From Eledone cirrhosa (lineage: Eukaryota): a DNA stretch of 64,000 bases. Below the pieces are notes generated by a model. The model worked only from the letters and a program-made list of their open reading frames with translations, ran no database searches and had not been told where the DNA came from. Position 1 is the first letter of the stretch. Each line of letters starts with the position of its first letter. The stretch covers positions 349,618,001 to 349,682,000 of the forward strand of contig OZ024742.1 in assembly GCA_964016885.1 (NCBI GenBank). Reading direction: 5' to 3'. A program made the translations under genes and the position numbers. This document shows, piece by piece, positions 54,395 to 63,996 of this stretch.

Positions 54395-55090
54395 GAAGAG
54401 AAAATAGAATGGAAAAGAAGGGGAGGAAGATGAGAGAAGGAAGGGGAGGAGAATGAAGGGGAGAAAGAAGGGGAGGAGAAGGAGGGGGAGGAGAAAGAAG
54501 GGGAGGAGAAGGAAGGAGAGGAGAAGGAAGGGGGGAAGGAAAAAGAGAAGGAAGGGGAGGAGAAAGAAGGAGAGGAGAAGGAAGGGGAGGAGAAGGAAAG
54601 AGAGGAGAAGAAAGGAGAGGAGAAGGAAGGGGAGAAAGAAGGGGAGGAGAAGCAAGGAGAGGAGAAGGAAGGGGAGGAGAAGGAAGGAGAGGAGAAGGAA
54701 GGAGAGAAGGAAGGGGAGGGGAAAGAAGGATAGGAGAAGGAAGGGGAGGAGAAGGAAGGAGAGGAGAAGGAAGGAGAGGAGAAGGAAGGGGAGAAGGAAG
54801 GAGAGGAGAAGGAAGGAGAGGAGAAGGAATGGGAGGAGAAGGAAGGAGAGGAGAAGGAAGGAGAGGAGAAGGAAGGAGAGGAGAGGAGAAGGAAGGAGAG
54901 AAGAAAGGAGAGAAGTAAGGGGAGGAGAAGGAATGGGAGGAGAAGGATGGGGAGGAGAAGGAAGGGGAGGAGAAGGAAGGAGAGGAGAAGGAAGAGGTGA
55001 GAAGGAAGGAGAAGAGAAGGAAGGGGAGGAGAATGAAGAGGAGGAGAAGGAAGGGGAGGAGAAGGAAGAGGTGAGAAGGAAATGGGGGGA
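54395..55090 (+). repeat. Polypurine GA-rich minisatellite, ~15-bp unit (GGAGAAGGAAGGRGA)
   Basis: Almost pure A/G on the + strand. The 15-bp periodicity appears as SSPSF and KERRR repeats in the ORF track. Confidence 0.92.
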
Positions 55091-55182
55091 ATGCCAAAAG
55101 TTAAGTTGATAACAAGATTTAGAAGTAGAAGAGTGAATGTATTGGGACATAGGAAGATAGTGATGTATGGTATGTAACAGGT

Positions 55183-55199
55183 GGGGTGGGTGGGGTGGG
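55183..55199 (+). other. Canonical G-quadruplex-forming motif
   Basis: GGGGTGGGTGGGGTGGG: four G-tracts of 3 or more separated by single-T loops. This is sequence potential only. Confidence 0.6.
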
Positions 55200-55354
55200 A
55201 GGAGATCGATATGAGATATTGAGGAAATATATATATAAAAAAAATAGAAAAAAATAACGAAAACAAAACATACAAAACAAAAACAAAATACCCTCTCTCC
55301 CCCTCCGAAAAAAAATCAAACAAAATCAAAGAATCAAAACCTTGATAATATAAT

Positions 55355-55541
55355 TGTTTCTACTTTTGGCACAAGGCCAACAATTAACCAAGTGTATTAC
55401 TGGTACTTTATTTTATCGACCCCATAAGGATGAAAGGCAAAGTTAACCTTAGCAGGATTTGAACTCAGACCATAGAGGGACGTAACTCTATGCTATAAAG
55501 CATGGTGTCCGGCCCTCTACCGATACTGCCAATCCACCACC
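55355..55541 (-). mobile_element. tRNA-derived SINE with a Meta-like central domain, flanked by an 18-bp target-site duplication
   Basis: On the minus strand: A-box-like tggcagtatcggtag, B box GAGTTCAAATCC (55455-55466) and central gcctttcatccttatggggtcgataaaataaagtaccag, which resembles the MetaSINE domain. The perfect direct repeat aaaccttgataatataat lies at 55337-55354 and 55542-55559. Confidence 0.88.
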
Positions 55542-55930
55542 AAACCTTGATAATATAATATTTCATGGTAATATTTCTGGGAATCAATTTAGTTTCTCCA
55601 CTTCGAACTCCTATAATACGCTTGTTATATAGATTTATTGAACACGATACAGTTATTAATCTGGGGGTTTCATAAAAGACCGAAAATCTCTCGGAGTGAA
55701 TAGGAAGATTTTGTAATTTTAGGGTTTGTTAGATGTTTCCTAACCCTTGGTGAATAAAACAAGGACTTGTTTCAATGGAGAATCGAAAACGACAGTTGAT
55801 CTACAGAATCTACCATAGGCTCTACATATGGTCATGTCCCTAGGGTCACTACCTAGGATGACCTCAGTCTCATCGAACAAGAGTAAGATTTAATAATGAT
55901 TAAAACGTGGACTAAATAAAGTACAGAAAT

Positions 55931-56270
55931 TACGAGGGTCAGCTGAAAGGTCGATAGGCTGATTATGAAGGAGTGATGCTAGAGCTGTAAAATCTTACAT
56001 GCATTCACTTTAAGTCTTCTTATTAATTACTGCATTGTTTCTTTCTAAGGACAATGTTAAAAAATAAACCTCATTTGCTTATTCCATGAGAGTATCTCGG
56101 TCAACCTATGAAGGAGTGGTGCTAGAGCTATGAAATCTTGCATGCATGGGTTTCAACTCTTATTAATAACTACATTGTTTCTTTCCATGGACAATGTTGA
56201 AAAATAAACCTCATTTGGTCATTCCATGAGAGTATCTTGGTCAGACTATCAACCTACCAGCTGACCCTCG
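55931..56270. mobile_element. Non-autonomous Tc1/Mariner-like element (MITE/internal-deletion derivative) with an internal 143-bp tandem duplication
   Basis: TA at 55931-55932 is followed by the 30-bp left TIR cgagggtcagctgaaaggtcgataggctga (55933-55962). Its reverse complement matches the right-end consensus tcagcctatcaacctaccagctgaccctcg at 27/30; the first right-end copy is at ~56241-56270. A TA-CGAGGG terminus is typical of mariner elements. There is no transposase ORF. The body is duplicated starting at tatgaagg (55964 and 56107). Confidence 0.75.
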
Positions 56271-59200
56271 GACAGTAGCAGTAGTATCTCATTTGGTCAT
56301 TCCATGAGAGTATCTTGGTCAGCCTATCAACCTACCAGCTGACCCTCGGACAGTAGCAGTAGTATCTCATTTGGTCATTCCATGAGAGTATCTTGGTCAG
56401 CCTATCAACCTACCAGCTGACCCTCGGACAGTAACAGTAGTATCTCATTTGGTCATTCCATGAGATTATCTTGGTCAGCCTATCAACCTACCAGCTGACC
56501 CTCATCTGGTCATTCCATGAGATTATCTTGGTCAGCCTATCAACCTACCAGCTGACCCTCGCACAGTAGCAGTAGTATCTCATTTGGTCATTCCATGAGA
56601 TTATCTTGGTCAGCCTAACAACCTACCAGCTGACCCTCATCTGGTCATCTCATGAGAGTATCTTGGTCAGCCTATCAACCTACCAGCTGACCCCCGCACA
56701 GTAGCAGTAGTATCTCATTTGGTCATTCCATGAGATTATCTTGGTCAGCCTATCAACCTACCAGCTGACCCTCATCTGGTCATCTCATGAGATTATCTTG
56801 GTCAGCCTATCAACCTACCAGCTGACCCTCATCTGGTCATCCCATGAGAGTATCTTGGTCAGCCTATCAACTTACCAGCTGACCCTCATCTGGTCATTCC
56901 ATGAGATTATCTTGGTCAGCCTATCAACCTACCAGCTGACCCTCATCTGGTCATCTCATGAGATTATCTTGGTCAGCCTATCAACCTACCAGCTGACCCT
57001 CATCTGGTCATCCCATGAGAGTATCTTGGTCAGCCTATCAACTTACCAGCTGACCCTCATCTGGTCATTCCATGAGATTATCTTGGTCAGCCTATCAACC
57101 TACCAGCTGACCCTCATCTGGTCATCTCATGAGATTATCTTGGTCAGCCTATCAACCTACCAGCTGACCCTCATCTGGTCATCCCATGAGAGTATCTTGG
57201 TCAGCCTATCAACTTACCAGCTGACCCTCATCTGGTCATTCCATGAGATTATCTTGGTCAGCCTATCAACTTACCAGCTGACCCTCATCTGGTCATCCCA
57301 TGAGAGTATCTTGGTCACCCTATCAACTTACCAGCTGACCCTCATCTGGTCATTCCATGAGATTATCTTGGTCAGCCTATCAACCTACCAGCTGACCCTC
57401 ATCTGGTCATCCCATGAGAGTATCTTGGTCAGCCTATCAACTTACCAGCTGACCCTCATCTGGTCATCCCATGAGAGTATCTTGGTCAGCCTATCAACTT
57501 ACCAGCTGACCCTCATCTGGTCATCCCATGACAGTATCTTGGTCAGCCTATCAACTTACCAGCTGACCCTCATCTGGTCATCCCATGAGAGTATCTTGGT
57601 CAGCCTATCAACTTACCAGCTGACCCTCATCTGGTCATCCCATGAGAGTATCTTGGTCAGCCTATCAACTTACCAGCTGACCCTCATCTGGTCATTCCAT
57701 GAGATTATCTTGGTCAGCCTATCAACCTACCAGCTGACCCTCATCTGGTCATCCCATGAGAGTATCTTGGTCAGCCTATCAACTTACCAGCTGACCCTCA
57801 TCTGGTCATCCCATGAGAGTATCTTGGTCAGCCTATCAACTTACCAGCTGACCCTCATCTGGTCATCCCATGAGAGTATCTTGGTCAGCCTATCAACTTA
57901 CCAGCTGACCCTCATCTGGTCATTCCATGAGATTATCTTGGTCAGCCTATCAACCTACCAGCTGACCCTCATCTGGTCATCCCATGAGAGTATCTTGGTC
58001 AGCCTATCAACTTACCAGCTGACCCTCATCTGGTCATTCCATGAGATTATCTTGGTCAGCCTATCAACTTACCAGCTGACCCTCATCTGGTCATCCCATG
58101 AGAGTATCTTGGTCAGCCTATCAACTTACCAGCTGACCCTCATCTGGTCATTCCATGAGATTATCTTGGTCAGCCTATCAACCTACCAGCTGACCCTCAT
58201 CTGGTCATCCCATGAGAGTATCTTGGTCAGCCTATCAACTTACCAGCTGACCCTCATCTGGTCATCCCATGAGAGTATCTTGGTCAGCCTATCAACTTAC
58301 CAGCTGACCCTCATCTGGTCATCCCATGAGAGTATCTTGGTCAGCCTATCAACTTACCAGCTGACCCTCATCTGGTCATCCCATGAGAGTATCTTGGTCA
58401 GCCTATCAACTTACCAGCTGACCTTCATCTGGTCATCCCATGAGAGTATCTTGGTCAGCCTATCAACTTACCAGCTGACCCTCATCTGGTCATTCCATGA
58501 GATTATCTTGGTCAGCCTATCAACCTACCAGCTGACCCTCATCTGGTCATCCCATGAGAGTATCTTGGTCAGCCTATCAACTTACCAGCTGACCCTCATC
58601 TGGTCATCCCATGAGAGTATCTTGGTCAGCCTATCAACTTACCAGCTGACCCTCATCTGGTCATCCCATGAGAGTATCTTGGTCAGCCTATCAACTTACC
58701 AGCTGACCCTCATCTGGTCATCCCATGAGAGTATCTTGGTCAGCCTATCAACTTACCAGCTGACCCTCATCTGGTCATTCCATGAGATTATCTTGGTCAG
58801 CCTATCAACCTACCAGCTGACCCTCATCTGGTCATCCCATGAGAGTATCTTGGTCAGCCTATCAACCTACCAGCTGACCCTCATCTGGTCATCCCATGAG
58901 AGTATCTTGGTCAGCCTATCAACTTACCAGCTGACCCTCATCTGGTCATTCCATGAGATTATCTTGGTCAGCCTATCAACCTACCAGCTGACCCTCATCT
59001 GGTCATCTCATGAGATTATCTTGGTCAGCCTATCAACCTACCAGCTGACCCTCATCTGGTCATCCCATGAGAGTATCTTGGTCAGCCTATCAACTTACCA
59101 GCTGACCCTCATCTGGTCATTCCATGAGATTATCTTGGTCAGCCTATCAACTTACCAGCTGACCCTCATCTGGTCATCCCATGAGAGTATCTTGGTCAGC

Positions 59201-60536
59201 CTATCAACTTACCAGCTGACCCTCATCTGGTCATTCCATGAGATTATCTTGGTCAGCCTATCAACCTACCAGCTGACCCTCATCTGGTCATCCCATGAGA
59301 GTATCTTGGTCAGCCTATCAACTTACCAGCTGACCCTCATCTGGTCATCCCATGAGAGTATCTTGGTCAGCCTATCAACTTACCAGCTGACCCTCATCTG
59401 GTCATTCCATGAGATTATCTTGGTCAGCCTATCAACCTACCAGCTGACCCTCATCTGGTCATCCCATGAGAGTATCTTGGTCAGCCTATCAACTTACCAG
59501 CTGACCCTCATCTGGTCATTCCATGAGATTATCTTGGTCAGCCTATCAACCTACCAGCTGACCCTCATCTGGTCATCCCATGAGAGTATCTTGGTCAGCC
59601 TATCAACTTACCAGCTGACCCTCATCTGGTCATCCCATGAGAGTATCTTGGTCAGCCTATCAACTTACCAGCTGACCCTCATCTGGTCATTCCATGAGAT
59701 TATCTTGGTCAGCCTATCAACTTACCAGCTGACCCTCATCTGGTCATCCCATGAGAGTATCTTGGTCAGCCTATCAACTTACCAGCTGACCCTCATCTGG
59801 TCATCCCATGAGAGTATCTTGGTCAGCCTATCAACTTACCAGCTGACCCTCATCTGGTCATCCCATGAGAGTATCTTGGTCAGCCTATCAACCTACCAGC
59901 TGACCCTCATCTGGTCATTCCATGAGATTATCTTGGTCAGCCTATCAACCTACCAGCTGACCCTCATCTGGTCATCCCATGAGAGTATCTTGGTCAGCCT
60001 ATCAACCTACCAGCTGACCCTCATCTGGTCATCCCATGAGAGTATCTTGGTCAGCCTATCAACCTACCAGCTGACCCTCATCTGGTCATCCCATGAGAGT
60101 ATCTTGGTCAGCCTATCAACCTACCAGCTGACCCTCGCACAGTAACAGTAGTATCTCATTTGGTCATTCCATGAGATTATCTTGGTCAGCCTATCAACCT
60201 ACCAGCTGACCCTCATCTGGTCATCTCATGAGAGTATCTTGGTCAGCCTATCAACCTACCAGCTGACCCCAGCACAGTAACAGTAGTATCTCATTTGGTC
60301 ATTCCATGAGATTATCTTGGTCAGCCTATCAACCTACCAGCTGACCCTCATCTGGTCATCCCATGAGAGTATCTTGGTCAGCCTATCAACCTACCAGCTG
60401 ACCCTCATCTGGTCATCCCATGAGATTATCTTGGTCAGCCTATCAACCTACCAGCTGACCCTCATCTGGTCATCCCATGAGATTATCTTGGTCAGCCTAT
60501 CAACCTACCAGCTGACCCCCGCACAGTAACAGTAGT
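56210..60536 (+). repeat. Tandem satellite of 57-bp units (78-bp units at both edges) derived from the MITE right end/TIR, roughly 70-75 copies
   Basis: Unit: ctcatctggtcatcccatgagagtatcttggtcagcctatcaacttaccagctgacc (57 bp, the 19-aa repeat in the ORF track). Units starting at 56210, 56288 and 56366 carry an extra 21 bp (ctcggacagtagcagtagtat). The units are nearly identical. Confidence 0.97.
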
Positions 60537-60760
60537 TTAAGTAGGTAGGACATTATATATTTTTCTTTCTCTTTCTTCACTTCTTTCCTCATTCTATTTC
60601 CTTACTAACTAATATCTTGAGCAATCAATAACTTCTTCAGAAACTCATTGGCTGACTCATTCAGTCATTCATTCACTTGATTCATTCTTTTCTTAGGACA
60701 CAAATAGTATAAAATGGAGAAGCAGGGGAAAACATGTAAAGAAGGAAAAGATAAAGAAGA

Positions 60761-60767
60761 CAACAAC

Positions 60768-60851
<84 letters not shown>
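60761..60851 (+). repeat. (AAC)2(AAT)28 microsatellite, which reads as an (ATT)n tract at the 3' end of the LINE
   Basis: Perfect AAT repeats at 60768-60851, starting 6 bp beyond the LINE polyadenylation-like signal. Confidence 0.95.
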
Positions 60852-60853
<2 letters not shown>

Positions 60854-60857
60854 TTTC

Positions 60858-60863
60858 TTTATT
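60858..60863 (-). promoter_or_regulatory. Putative polyadenylation signal AATAAA at the LINE 3' end
   Basis: The minus strand reads ggttAATAAAgaaatc(att)n, about 250 bp downstream of the ORF2 stop codon. Confidence 0.6.
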
Positions 60864-61113
60864 AACCACAAGGGTTTACATAAAGTAGACATTAAGGACA
60901 GTGCAGGACAATGCAGGACGGTACAAATGGGCATTTCTGCGTGTAAAAAAACAAAAACAGAGGATGTAACAAAAATAACAATGAAAATAACAATGAAAAA
61001 TTCCCCAATAGGGGGGAGACTTCGGAGGGACATTTGTGGAGAAAGCCCAGTAAAAAGCCACAATGACCCTGACCACCAAGGCAAGTGCCCTCTCCCAGTT
61101 TTCCACCTTTAGT

Positions 61114-63996
61114 TTACAGATATATACTCAGAGTCGGCCCATTCACTCGGGCCATTCTTGCTTCTCTCACCCATCTTTCAACAAAATGCTGGGAAGAGAG
61201 CACTTCCCTCTCTACTCTGATTTTCCTTTTCAAATGAAATTTGAAAAAGTCAATCAGAGCATCACCGAAGAGGTAAGTGCTCGTCTTCAGCCCTTTCAAA
61301 CGTGTCCACCATACTATCTCTTTCGCCATGGCCACCAGACAGATAAAAACTGCCTGCCCTTCCCGGCTAAAGGAGGAGGGCGGGGCAATCCTCACGATGG
61401 ACTCAGATGATAGCTGGATCCGTCCTAAACGCGACAGCAGGTGTTCGACATAAACCCACAAGTCAGCAATTTTCGGACACTGGACGAGTGCGTGCAGGAC
61501 GGTTTCGTCGCCCTGCGCGCATCTCGGACATGCCCGGCTGACGGCACCTCCATGCCTGTAGAGTTTATCCCGAACTGGCAAGGCTCCTCGGTAGCACTGC
61601 CAGGCCAGAGATTTCTGGAAGTTGTCCATAGGCCCTGGCCCGAAAGTTCTTCCGAAGAGATTGGCTAGTTGATTTTCGTCGACGCCTAGAGTTTCCCCAA
61701 GTACGTCGTCGCTCTTCCCCTCCACTAATCCTCTATAGAACGCCGAGGTGGAGTTTCCACCGATCACATTGCCCGATTGGTCGAGGGCTGTGAGCGCCTG
61801 AAGACATTCCAGTCTCCAGGCGCTCCCTCTCGGTCTTCGCTTGACCCAGGACTGCAGCTCCGTCAAGGAAACGAGCTGGGGAAAAACGCGTCTAGCAAAC
61901 GGCGACCACACCTGATCACCGTCGAGGAAGAGGTGGAGATGTCGTAGCCTGAGCGCGTGCCTGCGCATCATCAGCCACGGCATGCCCAGCCCTCCACGTA
62001 GCGGGTGTTGACAACAGATGGACCGCCTGACCATCGGAGCACGTCCCTTCCACAAAAAGCGAAAGAGCAAACGCTCCAGCGCAGTCAGGCGAGGCTTAGG
62101 ACAAGGTACGACGGTTAGGCGGTAGCAGATGACAGACGCGATGTACGCGTTAGCCACCTCCGCTCGACCTTTCAGGGATAGCTTCCTCTCCGCCCATTTC
62201 TGGGTGAGAGAAGCCACCCTGCTCGTCACCTCGTCCCAGTTTTTGTCCGTCTGGAGGTCCGGACCGAACCAGACCCCTAGCAATTTAACCGGTCCGTCCG
62301 TCCAGCGCCCGACGACGCTGTTGGACGGCATGGACCTGCCTCTCCAGGTGCCGAGCTGCAGGCCCACTGACTTTTCCTGGTTGATCATTGCTCCTGTCAC
62401 CGCTTCGTATTCTCTTAGTGTAGTGCCGATCGCCTCGATGTGTTTGGCGTTCGACACCACTACGGTGACATCGTCCGCATATGCTGACACGGATCTTCCG
62501 CATCCTAGTTCGCGCGGGACTCCCCTCAACGTCTCCAGTTTGTGCAGTAATGGCTCGAGAGTCAATACGTACAAGAGGGACGAGAGGGGACATCCTTGGC
62601 GGACCGAGCGCATGATGTTGAACGGTTCCGACAGGTGACCGTTCACTCTCACCACAGAGCAGATGTCGCTGTGCATGGCAGCGATCCAGCCTCTGAAGAC
62701 GGGCCCAAAGCCAGCCGCCCTCAGGACTGCCGCTAGGTAACGATGGTCGACCCTATCGAAAGCTTTCGACTGATCTAAATTGATCAAGGACCCACCCGTG
62801 CCAGGTTCCCTAGCTACCCTCTCTACGATGTATCGCATGAGGTGGAGGTTGTCGTGGATGGATCTGTCGGGAATGGCGCATGTCTGCGCCTCTCCCACCA
62901 GACCACCAACGACAAGCGCCAACCTCTTTGCTAGCACCTTGGCCAAAATCTTAAACTCTGTGTTTAGCAGAGTTATGGGCCGGAAATTGTCTATGTTATC
63001 CCCCTTGTTCGGATCCTTTCTCAGCAGTGCCACCGCTCCTCGGCTCACAGAACTGGGAATTCTCCCGTTCTGTTGCCAGTTGCAGTAGACGTCCGCCAAG
63101 AGGCCTCCGAACAAGTCTGGCATCTGTACGTAAAGTTCATAGGGCAGACCATCCAAACCAGGCGATTTACCCCTTGTGCAGCCAGTCATTGCCTCCCTTA
63201 CTTCAGCGGCTGTTATCGGCTTTTCGCAACACTTCGCCTCAGTGGCCGAGAGCCGCGGCAGTCCGTCGAGGTAGACACTAAAGTCCATCCCTCTACCCGG
63301 CCCCCCGCTGCCCCCGAACAGCTGAGCGAAGTGTCGCTGAAAAGCTTCACACATTTGCCCGGGATCGAGTAGCATGCGCCCGTCGTGGTCCACCAAAGAC
63401 CGGATCGTGGCTTTGTTGCCACGACGCGCCTCCGCCACTCGGGCCCATTGAACGGCTTTCGTCCCCTCGTGTCTGAGAGCACGCACCCTAGCTCTGACAA
63501 CGCAGCCTTCGTGCTTTGCATTGAAGAATTGGTCAAGGGCCAATTTCGCCGCAAGCACGTCGGTCGCAATGCCTTTGCTAAGCGCCTCGTCTAATTTTCT
63601 AACTAGTTCTCCCTCTGCTCTATTTTTCTCTATTGCTAAAGCCTTACTAAACCTAATCGATTCTATTCTAATCGCTCTTTTCAGAGCAAACCACCACTTG
63701 TTGTTGACGATGGCCCCCGTCAACGCCCGCTTAACTAGTTCGCTAATCCGGTCTCTGTAGGCCTTGCGCGCTGGTAAGGACGCGTTTAGCTTCCAGTAGC
63801 CGGGTCCTCGTCTATGAAGCCTATCTAAGTCAAGCACACAGATCACGAATTTGTGGTCCGTGTAGCTGACTATCTTGAATTGTGGACAGCCTATGCTAGA
63901 CCTATCTATTTCCCTACAAAATACTCTATCTAGATATGATCTGGATGACCCTATGCGGTTTGTCCAAGTCCACATTGGCACATTCGGGAAATCCAA
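61114..63996 (-). CDS. LINE ORF2 polyprotein (C-terminal part of the apurinic-like endonuclease, reverse transcriptase, CCHC zinc knuckle); 5'-partial
   Basis: 960 uninterrupted codons; the track start is a TTG and the frame is still open at the window edge. APE motifs: TW..SRSYLDRVF and TDH. L1/Tx1-type GYWKLN. RT motifs: KSPGLDG, FRPITLLN, LDQSKAFDRVDH, VRQGCPLS, YADD (62470-62481), LLGV, GGLG. CPRC-x8-H-x4-C at 61477-61530. TAA stop at 61114-61116. Confidence 0.95.
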   Translation of the reverse strand: MDFPNVPMWTWTNRIGSSRSYLDRVFCREIDRSSIGCPQFKIVSYTDHKFVICVLDLDRLHRRGPGYWKLNASLPARKAYRDRISELVKRALTGAIVNNKWWFALKRAIRIESIRFSKALAIEKNRAEGELVRKLDEALSKGIATDVLAAKLALDQFFNAKHEGCVVRARVRALRHEGTKAVQWARVAEARRGNKATIRSLVDHDGRMLLDPGQMCEAFQRHFAQLFGGSGGPGRGMDFSVYLDGLPRLSATEAKCCEKPITAAEVREAMTGCTRGKSPGLDGLPYELYVQMPDLFGGLLADVYCNWQQNGRIPSSVSRGAVALLRKDPNKGDNIDNFRPITLLNTEFKILAKVLAKRLALVVGGLVGEAQTCAIPDRSIHDNLHLMRYIVERVAREPGTGGSLINLDQSKAFDRVDHRYLAAVLRAAGFGPVFRGWIAAMHSDICSVVRVNGHLSEPFNIMRSVRQGCPLSSLLYVLTLEPLLHKLETLRGVPRELGCGRSVSAYADDVTVVVSNAKHIEAIGTTLREYEAVTGAMINQEKSVGLQLGTWRGRSMPSNSVVGRWTDGPVKLLGVWFGPDLQTDKNWDEVTSRVASLTQKWAERKLSLKGRAEVANAYIASVICYRLTVVPCPKPRLTALERLLFRFLWKGRAPMVRRSICCQHPLRGGLGMPWLMMRRHALRLRHLHLFLDGDQVWSPFARRVFPQLVSLTELQSWVKRRPRGSAWRLECLQALTALDQSGNVIGGNSTSAFYRGLVEGKSDDVLGETLGVDENQLANLFGRTFGPGPMDNFQKSLAWQCYRGALPVRDKLYRHGGAVSRACPRCAQGDETVLHALVQCPKIADLWVYVEHLLSRLGRIQLSSESIVRIAPPSSFSREGQAVFICLVAMAKEIVWWTRLKGLKTSTYLFGDALIDFFKFHLKRKIRVEREVLSSQHFVERWVREARMARVNGPTLSIYL

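Noticed and set aside
53127-55329. ORFs with SSPSF, KERRR, VCMY or HTYI repeats (up to 629 aa)
   Set aside because: These are translations of the CATA and GA-rich simple repeats, open in several frames on both strands.
55560-55930. Possible host exon (ttttag acceptor ~55722, gtaaga donor ~55883)
   Set aside because: All three + frames contain stops, and the short minus-strand open frame has no recognisable similarity. A non-coding exon cannot be excluded without RNA data.
56741-60145. 1134-aa ORF of LIWSSHESILVSLSTYQLT repeats
   Set aside because: A by-product of a 57-bp (multiple of 3) unit that is stop-free in one frame. It starts at TTG, has no unique N- or C-terminal domain, and the unit derives from a transposon end.
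56210-60536. CRISPR-like appearance (regular repeats with an internal palindrome)
   Set aside because: There are no unique spacers, whole units are near-identical, no cas genes are present, and the context is eukaryotic.
60665-63760. Short ORFs overlapping the LINE and its tail (poly-N/poly-L and antisense frames)
   Set aside because: These are shadow frames of a GC-rich coding region and translations of (AAT)n, with no independent motifs.
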